Source: Trichoplax sp. H2
Lineage: Eukaryota
NCBI GenBank assembly: GCA_003344405.1
Contig: NOWV01000014.1
Span: 620,001-684,000 of the forward strand
Direction: 5' to 3'
DNA: 64,000 nt
Made by a program: the position numbers and the translations under genes. The notes under the pieces were generated by a model. That model saw only the letters and a program-made list of their open reading frames with translations. It had not been told where the DNA came from and did no database searches. Below, piece after piece: positions 23,801 through 38,700 of this stretch (position 1 is its first letter; every line of letters begins with the position of its first letter).

Positions 23801-26800
23801 ATTGATATAAGTATAATGAGTTTACACTTTAGAAATCGTTGGCACGGGTTAAAATAATATTGTCGTGTCAATTTAAATGGCAATTCATCTCGCCCCCACT
23901 TGTACTGGACCTGGAATAAAGTTTAAAAGCTAAGAAAAATGGAGATAGCTTTACTATGTATCAGCCTTAGACCATGCTGAATATCTACGATTTGGGATAA
24001 ATATATTTTAAACTGATATTCCCCTATGTTATGATGATCATATCAATGGATTTCCTACAGTTTGCATCGCTCTGCATGATAGTAGACAAGACAAAGAAAT
24101 TTGGACTGTTTTTTATCTTCATAACAATTAGCAAAGCAGTGAAAAATTTTCAATGTGGCTCAAGCATGTCTGAAACTTTTACAACTATTGTCTATGAAAA
24201 TTTTGCTTCTTGATTGACTTTTTATTTTTTTGGCTGTCTTTCAATATATACTCCAATGGATTCTATTCTTATAGCATGTCAATCGATTAACTCGCCATGT
24301 TATTGCATCATAATGTGAAACTTAATGTCCTTCTAGTAGAGTATCTTTTTCCTTGGAGGATCATCACCCTTTACGGCGGGGAATTTTACAGCCTAACTTA
24401 AAAATATCGAATTTGATATTTTCTATGGGGTAATCCTTAATTGGGTTTTTTCTTACACGATAATGTTATCGGCAGAAATAATTCTTTTTTCAATATGTAA
24501 CAGAACGGACAATAACCATGTTGTTCATTTTATAGAAAAACATGGTAAAAGAATGATGACGACAAGGAGATAAATGTAATTATTTGTTGGCAACAGTAAT
24601 GCAAATCAATGGCGCCATAGTCTTGACGTTTCTACTGCCAGTATGATTGAGGGTTAAGTAAAATCCCCAAACGAATATCAATACAATCTATAAGGAAATA
24701 TTTCAACATTGGAATAGTAGTACCACAGGATAAACACTTGATGCTGATCAAGTCTTATGCCATTGCTTATCAGAAAATAGTAAAGGCAAGCAAGAATGGA
24801 TCATGACAAAGACGTCTTTTGATCATTTTCTATCGGATAATAAAATATACGACTATCATGATATTATTGAAAGAAAAATAATATGACCTACTGCATTTAA
24901 ATTATATCATATAATTGTAAGACTACCATGCTATTGCAAAAAAAAAAAAATAAAAATGATATGGATGCAACTTTGTTATTCATTTTCTTCACGGTTTCTT
25001 ATTTTTTTATTGCACTTATTTTAGAGAAAGCGTATTGTATATGGCTGTTGCCCGATAGCTAAGACAGAGTAAATTAATGCGGATATGAGAAATAAAAAAC
25101 TATGTTATTCATTTCCTTCGCTGTCTCCTCTTTAATTCATTTCCTTTGCTGTCTCCTCTTTAATTAAGAGATCGTTAAGAAATAACAATAAAAAAGTAGA
25201 TCAGTTTGAAACGCCATCAAACTCCCTATTTTCTGTTGTACTTCCAATCTTGATGAACAGAATAGGCAGTCTAGGTCGTCTCCATGTTATGAGAAATTGA
25301 ATGCATTGTTGATGATTTTTTAATTCCACGGGATAATTTAATAATGCACATAAAACTTATACCGAGTAGGATAACAAAGATTTAGCCATAATTAAATCAT
25401 TAGTTAAGTAAGGGACAAAATACTTTCGCCGTCTTATCTAGGGATAAAAATTTAAATTTATTTGAAAGTTATTGCAACGTAATCAATCAATTAATCAATC
25501 TTCACCAGTACTAATGGGATCACTTGTCATTTACCCGTGGTGGAAGCAGAATGATGAGCCTTGATCAAAGTTCAATATAGCTCCTACGTTTGAACTCTTA
25601 TTACACTGCTGAAATAATCAACTAGCTACTCATGATTCTATTGATTATTATTCAAATATTGGAAAATCAACTTAACGTTGTAATATCTAGTCTATGTTTG
25701 TCAATCATTATGGAAATGAAACTAGAATCTGCCGTGAGGTAATGGAACAGTTTAAACTCATGCTTTACTTATTCCTTGTATGAATAGTAGTGTAATAAAA
25801 ACTGATCCAACTACAACTTTATAATTACCCATTTCCCTGTGTTAACTTCCGCTAGAATTATATAATAATTAATGCAAGTAACGCGAAATTTTTTCCTAGA
25901 AGAGTAAAATGGAACAAAGTCAATTCTTGACAATGATTTAACGAAACGAAACTTGAATTTATCGCCCCTGGGTAATTTATCGGTTTAACTATTTATCAAT
26001 ACAACCTTGAGCCAAGTATTCTTACTATTTTCTCTCTCCACTTCCATGAGAATTACATAATTATCATTAAAGAAGTCACGGTAAGTTTTATAAAAGGAGA
26101 AAACAAGGCAAGAGTTGATTAACTAGACTGCAATAGTTGAATCAACACACTACAGTACCAAGGCTCTAGTGATACTCCTCATAATCAGCTATAAAAAGTT
26201 AGCCAACTATTCTAATTTACTATCGTTTGAGAATAAAGAATAATATTACTGTATGCATATAGTCTCCTACTTGTCTGCCAATATAATGATGACAATACAA
26301 AATGTCTAAGAATAATTAATTGAATACGATCTAAAATGGTAAAAATCCACTGGAAGATCATGGTTATCGGGTATTTTCTTTATCCTTTGCTTGTCATCAT
26401 AATATAATACTGCAGCTGACTGCAATCAAAACAAGAAATAAGGACACCATCTTGTATAGTTCTTGATGAAATAGTTTTACACGGAAGTAGAGTTTCATTC
26501 GATTAGTTAGGTGTACAGACTACGATACTTGACCTTTTACTACTAAAGAGCTAAAAAGAAGGTTGAATAAAGGATAATATGTGAAATGGAACGTACTCGT
26601 AAAACTAGACATCTGTATATCATTCTAAACTGGCCCATTTCGATCAATAGCTGTAAAAATTACCACTAGGTTAAATCCTTCCATCATTTGCTATATTATT
26701 CATCCATTAAACTAGAGGTTTGGATAAAATAGCTATTTCTTTGAATACTAATCAATGAGCTTTATGGAAATGAGCCAAGAAATGCACATCAATTGTATTT

Positions 26801-29800
26801 TAAGCAGGATNNNNNNNNNNNNNNNNNNNNTGATACTCCTCATAATCAGCTATAAAAAGTTAGCCAACTATTCTAATTTACTATCGTTTGAGAATAAAGA
26901 ATAATATTACTGTATGCATATAGTCTCCTACTTGTCTGCCAATATAATGATGACAATACAAAATGCCTAAGAATAATTAATTGAATACGATCTAAAATGG
27001 TAAAAATCCACTGGAAGATCATGGCTATCGGGTATTTTCTTTATCCTTTGCTTGTCATCATAATATAATACTGCAGCTGACTGCAATCAAAACAAGAAAT
27101 AAGGACACCATCTTGTATGGTTCTTGATGAAATAGTTTTACCCGGAAGTAGAATTTCATTCGATTAGTTACATGGATAGAAAAATAAGTCCATGAAAACT
27201 AGCGAAGCTTCAACATTTTTAGTGCTAAAGAAGGAAAGGATTATATATATGAAATTGAACATGCTACTATCCAGTTGTAAATCGATTTACGTTGGCTATT
27301 TCAGTCCATTACTACATAAGTAGGCTGTAGAAACTAGATAACTTGGCCTTTTAAACTGCTAAAAAGGAGTGAATAAAGGGCAATATTGAAATTTTATTAC
27401 TATATACAGGTGTATAGACTACGATACTTGACCTTTTACTACTAAAGAGCTAAAAAGAAGGTTGAATAAAGGATAATATGTGAAATGGAACGTACACGTA
27501 TAACTAGACATCTGTATATCATTCTAAACTGGCCCATTTCGATCAATAGCTGTAAAAATTACCACTATTTTAAATCCTTCCATCATTTGCTATATTATTC
27601 ATCCATTAAATTAGAGGTTTGGATAAAATAGCTATTTCTTTGAATACTAATCAATGAGCTTTATGGAAATGAGCCAAGAAATGCACATCAATTGTATTTT
27701 AAGCAGGATGTAAGTTCGTCTATAAATTTAATAGGACCTTCTCAGGTTATTTTAAGTTAAGAAGAAATAATCGAATGCATTTTTCACCATTTGAAATACT
27801 TGAAAAACAAGCGTACAGCAATTCCGTTGCTCTATTCTATAAGGTAGTAGTAACTCATTGAATAGGATCTATTTCAAACATTAAAAGATCGCTTGTTGCT
27901 TGGACGAAGATGAATTCTTTCTTTCCAAGTGAATAGAATATGTTAATAGAAGAAAAATATAGCGCTTTGTTGAGCATTTTCAATTTTGTTTCACCAAAAT
28001 TAGCTGTAATTAGGAGAGTGTAAAGGTACTGTATTCTTGCCTACTCAAATGGCTTCAATTTTAAATAAGAGATTAAAATCAATTGGGTTACAAGCCGCAA
28101 ACTGGAATATCAAGGAGTATCGGTATATTTTTGATGTAACACACCAACAAAGAATTGATGTAAGTTCTACAATTTCTACCTGGGTCAGGCAATTCCATCA
28201 TTTTTGGACTCTATTTTAACTGTATCTCTTATTCAACATTCTTTCCAACTTATCTAACTTAGTTAACGATGGAATTTTACCTATCCTATCCTTCATAAAA
28301 CAAGGAATGTGGAATTTCATTCTTAGATAGGGATTTAGCGTGCCCTCCCATCCTTCATCTTTCCCATCACAGAATCAGGAAATGCCAATCGATTACATTT
28401 GATATTGCAATAACTTGACTAGATTGAATATCATTTTTGTTAATGAGTAAATTCCACTTATACTATCACATGAAGTTTATCTACTGCACTTATCGCTACA
28501 ATTGACAGCGTCAGTAGTAAAATGAATAATTAAAATCATTGATAAATTACTTCGCTAACTTGATAATCTGCGCGTACAAGTATAGGGTGGAAAAATCCAC
28601 TTCCAAAGCGGTTCATAGGCAAAAACCATATTGGGAATTTTGCCCACTGCTGTGTTTTCACAGCCCGTAACGGTATATCGTTATCTATTGGAGGGTTCAA
28701 AAGCCATTGCTATGAATAGACTATCGGTAAAAATAAAATGAAAGTTATCGCTATCTTATCGTTATTTGTCCAATAAATTTGATACCTCCAGCTAGATAGC
28801 GTTAACGGATTAATAGTCTCATATTCCCATGATTTTCTAATAGACAAATTAACTTTTACGGTACTAAAAAAATAAAGTTGTTAAATGGCCATCTTTGGTG
28901 TTGATAACTGATGGAGATATTTTCTCAATTTGTTACTGTAGTGTATGTAATATCAACGAGTAAAACTAACAAAAACAACAACAAGCTAGCAATGAGGGAG
29001 AAAAATATAGCAACATAGACTAGTCCCATGTTGTAATTCGACTGCAAAAGCAGCCCATGAGTAGAATAAATAATATAGCTAGAATAATTATTCATTCTAT
29101 TTACTATGGCTGTCTGGCGTGGAGTAATTGAAAATGGAATTCCAATCATGACTAAAAATAGGATTGGATCTTTATTATCTATCACTTTTTCGTTTGGAAA
29201 TAGTAGCAAAGTAATTCATACTATTTTTATTGCAAGTATCAACAAGATCGAACACAATAGACTTTTAAAGCTATCCTTAGCTTTGAAATTGTATTATCCT
29301 CCTACTCTAGTTGTAGAACATCTTTATAGGTGATAAAATTTAAGATTGAACAAGATTCAAAGTCTAACATGTCTGCCATAGTCAACACATATTACTTTAA
29401 TTCTTTTGAGATAAACGACTAGAATGGAGTGCAGGAGAAACTTCGATCCTCGTTGTTTGCGTTTGAGTTGAATGGATAATAACGATGATGAGAAATTTCA
29501 ACATTACGGTAATCCTTTTTTTAATAACATCACGTCCTTATATTACACTTATTGACAAGATGAGATAGGATAAGGCGCAAATTTCTATATCGACAGTATT
29601 TGAATCCATTTAACTTTAATAACTAAAACCAAGTTTAAAACTATGAAAGAAAATTATTGAGGATGGCATTTAACTTTGAAAAAAAGTCTGATTGTACACA
29701 TTATCGACTTATGCTTTGGAATAAAAATGATGGTTATGTTTATGGGAGTGAATGTGAATTATTAGTAGACTGATGAGGATTGATTTTAATTTGCTATTCC

Positions 29801-30230
29801 CGTTATCAACGAATCCAACTCAAATAGAAATAGTAAAATCAATACTTTAATCTCTAACTTGACTACTAGTTGTTACTTTAATTTGGTTCTTGACTTGTCT
29901 AATCATAACACAGTTGGAAAAAAAAAAATTTCATGTATCGAATTTTATCTGGCTTTCGTTGTATCAAGGAAACAAGAAGTTAAATTATAATTGATGGTAA
30001 TTTCCCTTCCGGGCATTCCATATGGATTAATAATGACCGAAGCTGAACTATTGACTATCGCATAGTGTAGACGTACAGGGGTGTATTTTTGTTGGCAAAG
30101 ACTTACCATTATATTGAACTTGCGATGAAATGGGTTGATTTTTGCCATCTTTCAAGGCACACATTGGAATTTGTCCATAGGCCATGGAGATGATGAAGAA
30201 AGTGAAAATCAAGTGAAGTAAAGGCGACAT
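14890..30230 (-). CDS. Transmembrane semaphorin: signal peptide, Sema, PSI, two FN3, TM, long cytoplasmic tail
   Basis: Signal-peptide exon 30107-30230 (MSPLLHLIFTFFIISMAYG) has a phase-1 GTAAG donor, followed by an ~8.7 kb intron. Small exons at 18064-21417 carry Sema motifs LIVGAK, CENFVRVL, LLVCGTNAYQPIC, CPSDP, IFFFFRE, SRVSRICKND and TSFQKARLDCSLPG..PYYFN. The terminal exon 14890-17750 carries PSI (CQRYKSCEDCLGIKDPYCGW), FN3 and TM (VWLYAFISTAGLLVITVIVAIYLLC). Joining the distant first exon is inferred from phase and signal peptide. Confidence 0.88.
21454..21670. repeat. Degenerate ~67-bp tandem repeat at the 3' end of semaphorin intron 1
   Basis: Units anchored on GTTAGA start at 21454, 21522, 21589 and 21656. 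Confidence 0.7.
23236..23515. repeat. Degenerate ~105-bp tandem repeat (3 copies)
   Basis: CAA(C/T)ATT.AG.GT..A.TAAC...AGATCTAA recurs at about 23236, 23341 and 23447. Confidence 0.65.
25108..25163. repeat. 28-bp tandem duplication
   Basis: TTCATTTCCTT(C/T)GCTGTCTCCTCTTTAA occurs twice. Confidence 0.9.
26170..27709. repeat. Direct duplication across an assembly gap (26170-26810 vs 26831-27709; Ns at 26811-26830)
   Basis: Near-identical copies with scattered substitutions. The right copy has an extra 238 bp (27171-27408). Confidence 0.9.
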
Positions 30231-33200
30231 TTAGAAATCGCTGGAAAAGGAGGTGTAATAATAATAGAAAAAAATGGTGGTAAAGCGACGACAACACACG
30301 GCGACGACGCTCTCGTTAAGGCTAATTAATTCTTCTTTGAAATATACGTAGCGAATAGAGTTGAAATTGTCTTGACGTTAATTTTCACCATCGATAGAAA
30401 GAAATAAGAGTAGAAAAGCCAATGATTTAGATCATAACCATCATTGAATGGCAAAATGCTTACTACAAGAGTTAATTTGTTTGGTTGTTTTTTGTAGCCA
30501 CTACCACTACGTACCAAGTCAGTTGAGAAATGAAGTCAGAGTGTTTTGACTAGTGATGTAAAGTGATAAAGAGTCGTCAACAGCAAATCATAGGGCACAG
30601 CACTCAATCAACGCCGTTAACCGCTATCGATTATTCTTGCCGAGAGTAAGATCAAAGTACAAGACACGAGTGGAATGAAGTAGAAAGAGTATTAAATTTG
30701 AACAGTGATCGTCGACGTAATTCGATTAGAGATGGGGAAAAAAAGAACTTGAACATAAAAGAGAACAAGGCCCGTCAATGAAGCCAACAATAGGAGGAGC
30801 CATTACTCACCGATGACAATGGATGATTGAAAACAATTTTGCTATGAGCATATTTGAAAGCTTGCAGTTTGATGATCAAGGTCGCTTGGAGCCTTTGATT
30901 CAATACCGTAACGATGATAGATAGTATTGTCTTGATGATGTTTTAATCGATCAATAGTATTATCGCGATAACGATTGGTTGAAATTATCTCGAACGTATT
31001 GAATAGATGATAATGTTATCTATTCTTATCTAGGCATAGTACAGGTACCGTTAACATTGATTATCATTTCAATACAATCTTAACAACGCATTAGGCTATT
31101 TGTTAGTTGTAGCCCATCGACCAATCAGCGTTGATGGGGCTGTCCAACATCGCCGATGATTAGTTGGAATAATTTCCTTTTGTCGGTGCTTGATCATGTC
31201 AATGGAATGGGGGAGGGTGGCGTCCTTTCTGCTTTTTGCTAAGGCTTTCTAATATAGTGGTAGTACCGGCAGTCAGTTACTACTGTCTGAACACGCAAGG
31301 CCATGGATGGATGCCGTCGCCAGGAAAGAAAGATAAACAGTATTTTGATTGGATGTAATACACTATTTACAGTATAGACAAGGACGTTATGTTTGCTACT
31401 ACTGTACTGTATAGTCTACTACAGTAGTAGTTTTATTCCCGGTGGGACATTTCAATGAACCAGAATAAAATAAAATAAAACTACTGTATTAGGTAGTGGC
31501 AATGATTCTGTTATTATTTTTTTTCCTAAAATCCCTGCTGACGAGCAGCACCATTTCCTCATTTTCGAAAGTACAATCGAACAGCTGGATAAATTGTAGG
31601 TCTGCCTTAGCGTAGTAAGCTGAATTTGAAAAAGGTTTAGTGAATGTGGTTAACACGTTGTCGCTAATACTTTATACTTTTACACTTTGACTATAGTACT
31701 GGTGTCGGCTGTACAGTATAGTTTCATTTAATGCAGTAGCCTTGTAGGCTTCTGTATAGTGTACATACGTTGCAGCTAAGCAGTAGTCTACCAAGGCCTC
31801 TCTGACCCTTTAACCAAGATACAAACACTTAATTAATATGACTCTGCTGTCTGCACTTTGCTCTGCATGATTCGAAACAGACATGAGCTACTCAATCTTG
31901 CAAAAGATTGAAGAGTCCATGGGACAGGCGGCAGAACTGTTCCGAATCTCCTTTATTATTATTAAAATCCAACTTTAACTAGCCAATTCTAGTGTACTGT
32001 AGAGTACAGTATACAGTAGTAGCGCACTTGTATCATACAAGTTGTATTTACCGTATGGCCTCAAGCAACGCCTTGCCAAATTGGTATGTTGCAAAAGTCT
32101 TCAATTTTCATCATCATGGCAGTTATATAAACTTTTCGAAAATACTCGACTACTAATTACTCTCCCCTTGTCCTGTGGGCGTTAAATGGCATGATCGAAA
32201 TGGTTAGGCAGCGGGACAATTTCATGTTAAGTAGTGGGCGCTAAATTGTTAACGCCATCACAGTAAAAGAAAACATGTCCGTACCATATTGCATTGAACC
32301 CAAATATTACTTTCTACAATACGGCACTAATGGACTGCCAGCGCTGATCCTTTTTCTATCGATCTGATAGGCTGGGCTTGCTGAAATTATTGAAATCAAT
32401 TCTATTTCCCCTGTTGACACTGACAATATTTATCAAATTCCAACCATGACTACCGTGATGAACATCCCACGGCCATTGTCCTAGTGCTATTTGCATGTTG
32501 AACTACAATCGATTTTATCTAACGTTGTCAAGGCATGACAAGTCGATGGATGCCACTGCAATTTTCGATCTAAATTTTACACTAACAAAGCCATGATTGA
32601 CTTTTAATATTTCCCAAATGATGGTATCATCGTATCTGCAAGTATTGAATCCGTTGTTATTCTACTTGTAATTCACGTCGAATTTTATCTTTTGATGGAT
32701 GTTGCATCTTTTTATCTGATAAAGAGAGTTATGTTAGAAATTTAATTAAGGATAAACTTTAAAGCATGCAATCAACTATCTACAGTACTTCATTATAATC
32801 AATTTTGATTTTATTCATGAGTAATAGCCATCACATCATGATATAAGTATACTGCATGTTAAAATTTAATTTAATTTATCAAGATTGCCAACCTGTGTCA
32901 TCTAATGTGTTGACAATTAATTTCTTTGTTTATTTCTATCCACCAATTGAATGAGTGTAAGATAGATAGGCTTTAAAAAACATAAAAGTGATGCGCGTGT
33001 AGGCCACACACCTCAATACAATTAATTCTATTTTAGCAATTTGAATCATTGATTAGAGATGATTAAGGATTAATGAATCATCTACCCTGACTCATTTTAT
33101 TCAAGAAATTGCTGGAATTATCACCTCCTCATATCGCATTATAGGATACGGTATACTGTAGGTTAAATCAGCATAAGTCTAAAAATGCTCTCTACCGGTA

Positions 33201-35749
33201 CAAAATTTTCCATCATACTTGCCTGCAGGCCACAATTGCAAACGATTACTGTAGTTGGTTACCAACTATTTCCTCCTACTAGTAATAAAAACAATTTTGA
33301 AATCGACTTTACTGTACAGTGTACAGCGTAGTGAACGCCCATTGTAACGTAGTAGGAGTGCATAAACGCTATGTACTCATAACAGGAGTTGCTCTTATAC
33401 TCTTATTATGTTATTATGGTAATTTACTCTCAACCAGCTAATTCACATTCGTCTTCATCGATACAAATGGATTTTCAAAATCTATCCAACATCGAAAATG
33501 TCTTAATTTTATACAAATGGAAGAATAATTCAGTTGAGCAATTGCTTTATTTTCAGTCTAAAAATCCCCGCTGAACCTCCAATGTGATGAACGGGAAATC
33601 GACATCCATGCAAAATAGCAATCGCTGCTTTAGCTAGCACTGTAAAGCGATCTATAAACGGATTAATACAAAGAACTAATGTTTATGACGTTAACTTTTA
33701 TCTACTTAGCAGATTCTACTACTGTATATACGCAGTAGTTGGTAACCGTTAATTAATTAATTGATTACGCTTGTATTATGATTTGAAACGGATGTTATAA
33801 AAACATTTTATTTACTCCTACATTCGCTATAATAATAATAATTATAAGTACAGTAATGCATTATGCTCAGCTGCACACCAGGGAGTTGGCTAATGCTAAT
33901 CCAATGCTGTATTCAATACTATACTGTACTTGTCCTTTATGCTGATTAGATAACGTTTCTACAGGTAGCCGCATAATATGTGTCCTAGAGTATAGTAATA
34001 CTGCCAATTAGGCGGCCAATACATCTATTAATGGGCATTTTAATTAATTAATTTAATAGTCAGAGAATCTGGTTGGTGTTGGATATGTTTAGCAAATTGC
34101 TATCATAAATGTAGCAGTTATTGTGGTAATGATTCTCTAAACTTAGCGATGACGGTGATAAAACAGAAATTTTCAACTGTTAGATTGAATTTAGAGCTAA
34201 AATTTTAGCCTTTGGATTAATCATTTCATACAAAATGGATTCATTTCTTGTCTGGTTCAATATGCACCCTTGAATAAAATTTTTTAAGAAAATAATTCTA
34301 CTAGCTAGCGCTGCTAATCTAGCAACGAGCTGCCACTAACCTTGTCGATGAGTGCGGAATGGCTATCTAAAGTACAATTACCAACACTATAAATGTTGTA
34401 TAAAGGCTTTTAGATGATTTCTGCCTCCAATTACAGTATACAGTATATGAATTGCAATGCAATCGTATCACATATACAGTAAGTAACGGCGGTAGAGCTA
34501 TTATTGTGTAATATGCCTCTAGACGATCCCGATGAAATGAGTTCTGACTCCACCATATACGAAATCTTATCGTACAAGTCTGGTAGACCTTTTAATAGGT
34601 GGTATTACTACCGGACAAATTCCGAGGTACTACGAAGATTCTGTTGCTTAATAAATATCGGCCGCTCAGTTATGAATATTTTCAATATTTATGGATATGA
34701 ATAGGTATCTTTTAATAGCTATCAGTTTAGCTATATAACTCACACTCAGCACTAATAACTTGCTTGTGCGATAGGAAAATTACATTGGAAATCGAAGATT
34801 CACCTCTATTAGGAATTGAATACAGTTGAACAATATGTATTTCAATAATTTTCGAAGCACTCTACGCTTACTAAGTACAGTAGAGTATGAATGAGTTGCA
34901 GCAGTAGTTTTGCCGTTAATGTTGGATATTTTGGCCTTACAGAGCTTATCCAAATACAATCACAACTAACATTGACTTGTAGAGGAAATCTATGGATTAA
35001 ATTATAAAAACTTTATTAGATGTTGTACAGAACTGATCACTTACAATACTACATTCATATCCATCCAATTTATTTTGGATTTGTTATCTATCAGTAGCTC
35101 CTTGCTCTGTAAAAGTATAAATACAAGAACGATTTAAAGGCTGAGGACATCGACGTTAAGATATGGAATTACCTATTCCGTATACAAAACGTATCATATA
35201 AAATACAGATGAGTCCCGCTAAACTTAGAACTACTTATCACTTGCAGTGCTCGAAACGGCGACTTGGTTCAGGAAGACAATACAGTTATACTATCTGAAT
35301 TAACTTACGTCACGGCTATTTCAACCTTCGTGCCTATTTTAAGCTATATGAATTATTATCAAACCATTGAAATCACTCATGACGACGGATATTTCCTGAC
35401 CGTAATACGGTTGTGACATCTTGCACATAAATCTTAGGCTCTTATTATCCTAATGTAAACTAAAAGGTTATCAAATATGCTGTATATCTACGATACATGT
35501 GTGTATTGACCATTTGGTTAACATGCCAAAATTATAACTATTAACATGAAACAGTAAATAAAATAGGCATAAACGATCTCATTTTCCTATCGATGGATTA
35601 ATATTAACCTGTAGATATAATAAGCATAATGATATTGAATAATTACGAAATAATTTACAAAATATAATCGTCGTAAAAAAGCGAAACTGACGCTCCAATG
35701 TCTCTCGCATATCATAGAGAAATAATTTCAAAGTAAAGGTCCCTTGTTG

Positions 35750-38700
35750 TTACTTTTTTGCATCACCTACGGTAGAAAAATTCAAGCGGAAATCACATTC
35801 TCAGTAAAATCTTGTTTAACGATGTTTTTTTCAAAATCAACAAATTTAACATTCAAAAAGAGATTGAAGATCATTGAGTTGATAGAGAAAATTAGTCACA
35901 AGAGCGCATTTTAAACTTTCTGAGTAGATTAATGATGAAACAGATACTTCACAGTGGGTAAATTTACACCCACATTTATTACAATAATTAACTTTACGCC
36001 GTCGTTAAAGAAAAGTAAAATGAGTTACTGGATTATATATAAGGTAAACCATAACTAAATATAGCATTTCACGCCGTTATCAGACAAAATCTACTGAACA
36101 AATTTGACTAAATACCTTACTGACTGAAGTAGCTTATGAAACTACGGAATAGTATAGAGCGTCAGATACTGTACGTCAACGAAAATGTAATGATCATATT
36201 ACGAAACGTTTGTAGTAAGACAGTAAACGTGTATATCAATCCTGCTTTAACCCGATTGAATCTTTACATAAATGGAAGATGCAATTCGTATCAATTTGTA
36301 TTCAAATATGCACACATACATATAGTATAATATTAAGTTGTACTATTGCTATATACGCTTATGTAACGATGCATGAGTGATTGTTAAAATACGCTTACAC
36401 GTAGAACATCAAGTACACAACTAATACCCGCATACCTTCTGAAGACTTTGAGCCACTGCCGTCACTACTACTTCCGCTGCTGCTACTATAAGACCTGCGG
36501 CCCCGTTGAGGACTTAAGGATGGCTTCGCTGAGCTATTACTTGGACTTTTTTGATCTTTTCCATCATGTCTATTACTTCCGTTGTCGCTACTGCTACTAC
36601 TGCTAGAAGAACTACTGGAGCTACGCCTACATCTAGAGAAACGTCCACGGTATTCGCGTGATTCATTCTTACCATCTTTTCTTCGATCTTCCGCTTTGTA
36701 ACGGTCAGGCGAATCGCGACGCACGGGTGATTTTTCCTTTTTATCACTGTAACTGCGCTCTGAAGAACTCTTTGATCTATGATGTGAAGAGGAACTAGTT
36801 GATCGCTGTCTAGATTTGTAGGGTGATCGTCTAACAGGAGAACGAGCAGATCGCTCAGTTCGTTGGCTTTCTGGATTTCTTCGTGGCGATTGAGACTTGG
36901 AATTAGAACGGGCTGCTCTATCGTATGAGCGTCTGCGGCGACCATTAGATCTTGATCGAGATCTCATCGATCGCTTTCTGTCAGGCGATCTTGAACGGCT
37001 TCGCATTCTTCTATATCTTTCATTTGATCGACTTCCAGATCGAGATCTACGATAATCTCTACTCCGTCGTGGTGACCTAGAACGGTCCCTCCTTGAACTG
37101 AATCTTTCAGGTGAACGACTTCTATCCCTATATCTAGATCCTCCTTGGCGTCTTGGTGATCTAGAACGGCTTCTAATGTCAGTTCTTTCATATCGTAAAT
37201 CCATCGCATTTTGTCCAGAAGAAAACTCCCTAGGCGGTGTTCGATAACGCTACAAATACGTATATACGAATTTGCCCAGAATATAGAGAATAATGGGGTT
37301 TAGCAATTTAATCCAATGGTATCAATGCATTATAGTAGTTTACATATAATTTATAAAGATGAATCTTCGAATAAATATTTACTAGATTTACAAATCGAAT
37401 CTACTAAGAAAAAAAATTTACTGATAGCTTACCATGTTACCTCGACCTCTAAGTCTTCTGCCTGTGGAAGATATCTTTAAATATAGAATAATTACTCCAT
37501 AAGAGTAAATATAATTGAAGCACTTCACGTACTTATTAGTAAAATGACTTACCCTTTCTCCACCTTGGTGTAACGGTGGCGACGTACGCCTAGCTATGCC
37601 TAGTTTAGCTCTTTTCTCTCGTACTGGTGAAGGTGTGCGACTGTGTCTCATCAAGAAGGAACTAGTTGGTACATCTGGAATATCCTGAGTCTGACTTTCA
37701 GGAGCGGTCAATTTTTGCTTTCTAAATGATGTTTAAAGCATGATAAAATAAGTGCTCTATTAATGTAGCAGTAAGTTTAAATACTTGATGCAAGGTTGAT
37801 TATGTTTAGCAAACGACTATAGCCCTGATTAGGCACTTACTAATAAATTACAGATTTATTTTAATCGATAGTGTTATAATTTCGGACCAACCAGATCAGC
37901 TTTCAAATAGTTTCTACCTTTTTTCTTTTTTCTTTGCTTTCTTCATCTTTTTTAACTTTTTTTTCATTTTTCTTTTCTCTTTTCTTTTCTTTTTCTTTTC
38001 CAATCTTTTCAAACGCTTCTTTTCTTTTCTCTGTTCCTTTTTAGATTTCTCCCTTTTTGCTTCGCTATCAGTTGACTCACTACCTGAGCTTTCGCCAGAA
38101 CTAGAACTATCAGAACTTGAACCAGATGTGCTAGAACCGCTTTCTGATTCCCTAACTTCTTTTTGCTTTGCTGCATGTAAGTATAAATATTAACGTAATA
38201 AAGAAATAATGAAAGTGTGTTAATTTTGAACAATGTGTAATCGTCTGGCGCCAATGCTACAAAAAACAAAGTATTTACATTTACTAATCCGTATATAATA
38301 TAGCATCAGCATAGCAGTAACTCAAAATTGCATATTATAAATATATTTTATTAATAAAAATTAGATGATGGTTACCTTTTTTAAGTAATACTAATTCGCC
38401 ACAATTCACAATTCGGACATCTGCGTGTGATCTATGGTTAGAATCAACTCGCTGATTTTCAATCTGTGTAACGATATCTTGACCTCTAATAACTCGTCCA
38501 AATACAACATGGATTCTGTAATGAAGTTTAAAAATGTTGCTTCGATATCAAATATCTGAATAGCAGCTTTATGCTTAAATGTAAACAAGCCAATGTTCAA
38601 TATAGGAATCACAAGGTCATTCTATCGATTGCAAACTTAATGCAAAAATATATCTAACCCGTCGAGATGTGGAGCCGGATTTGTTGTTCTGTTAAGTAAA

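Noticed and set aside
26268..26358. Alternative semaphorin first exon MIFQWIFTIL... (also in the duplicate copy)
   Set aside because: Poor signal peptide; the exon at 30107-30230 fits much better.
28550..28685. GC-richer open stretch after an AG in semaphorin intron 1 (DNDIPLRAVKTQQW...)
   Set aside because: No strong phase-compatible donor and no recognisable homology; unsupported without RNA data.
36514..37209. Alternate-frame ORFs over the PPIG RS domain
   Set aside because: By-products of low-complexity RS coding sequence.
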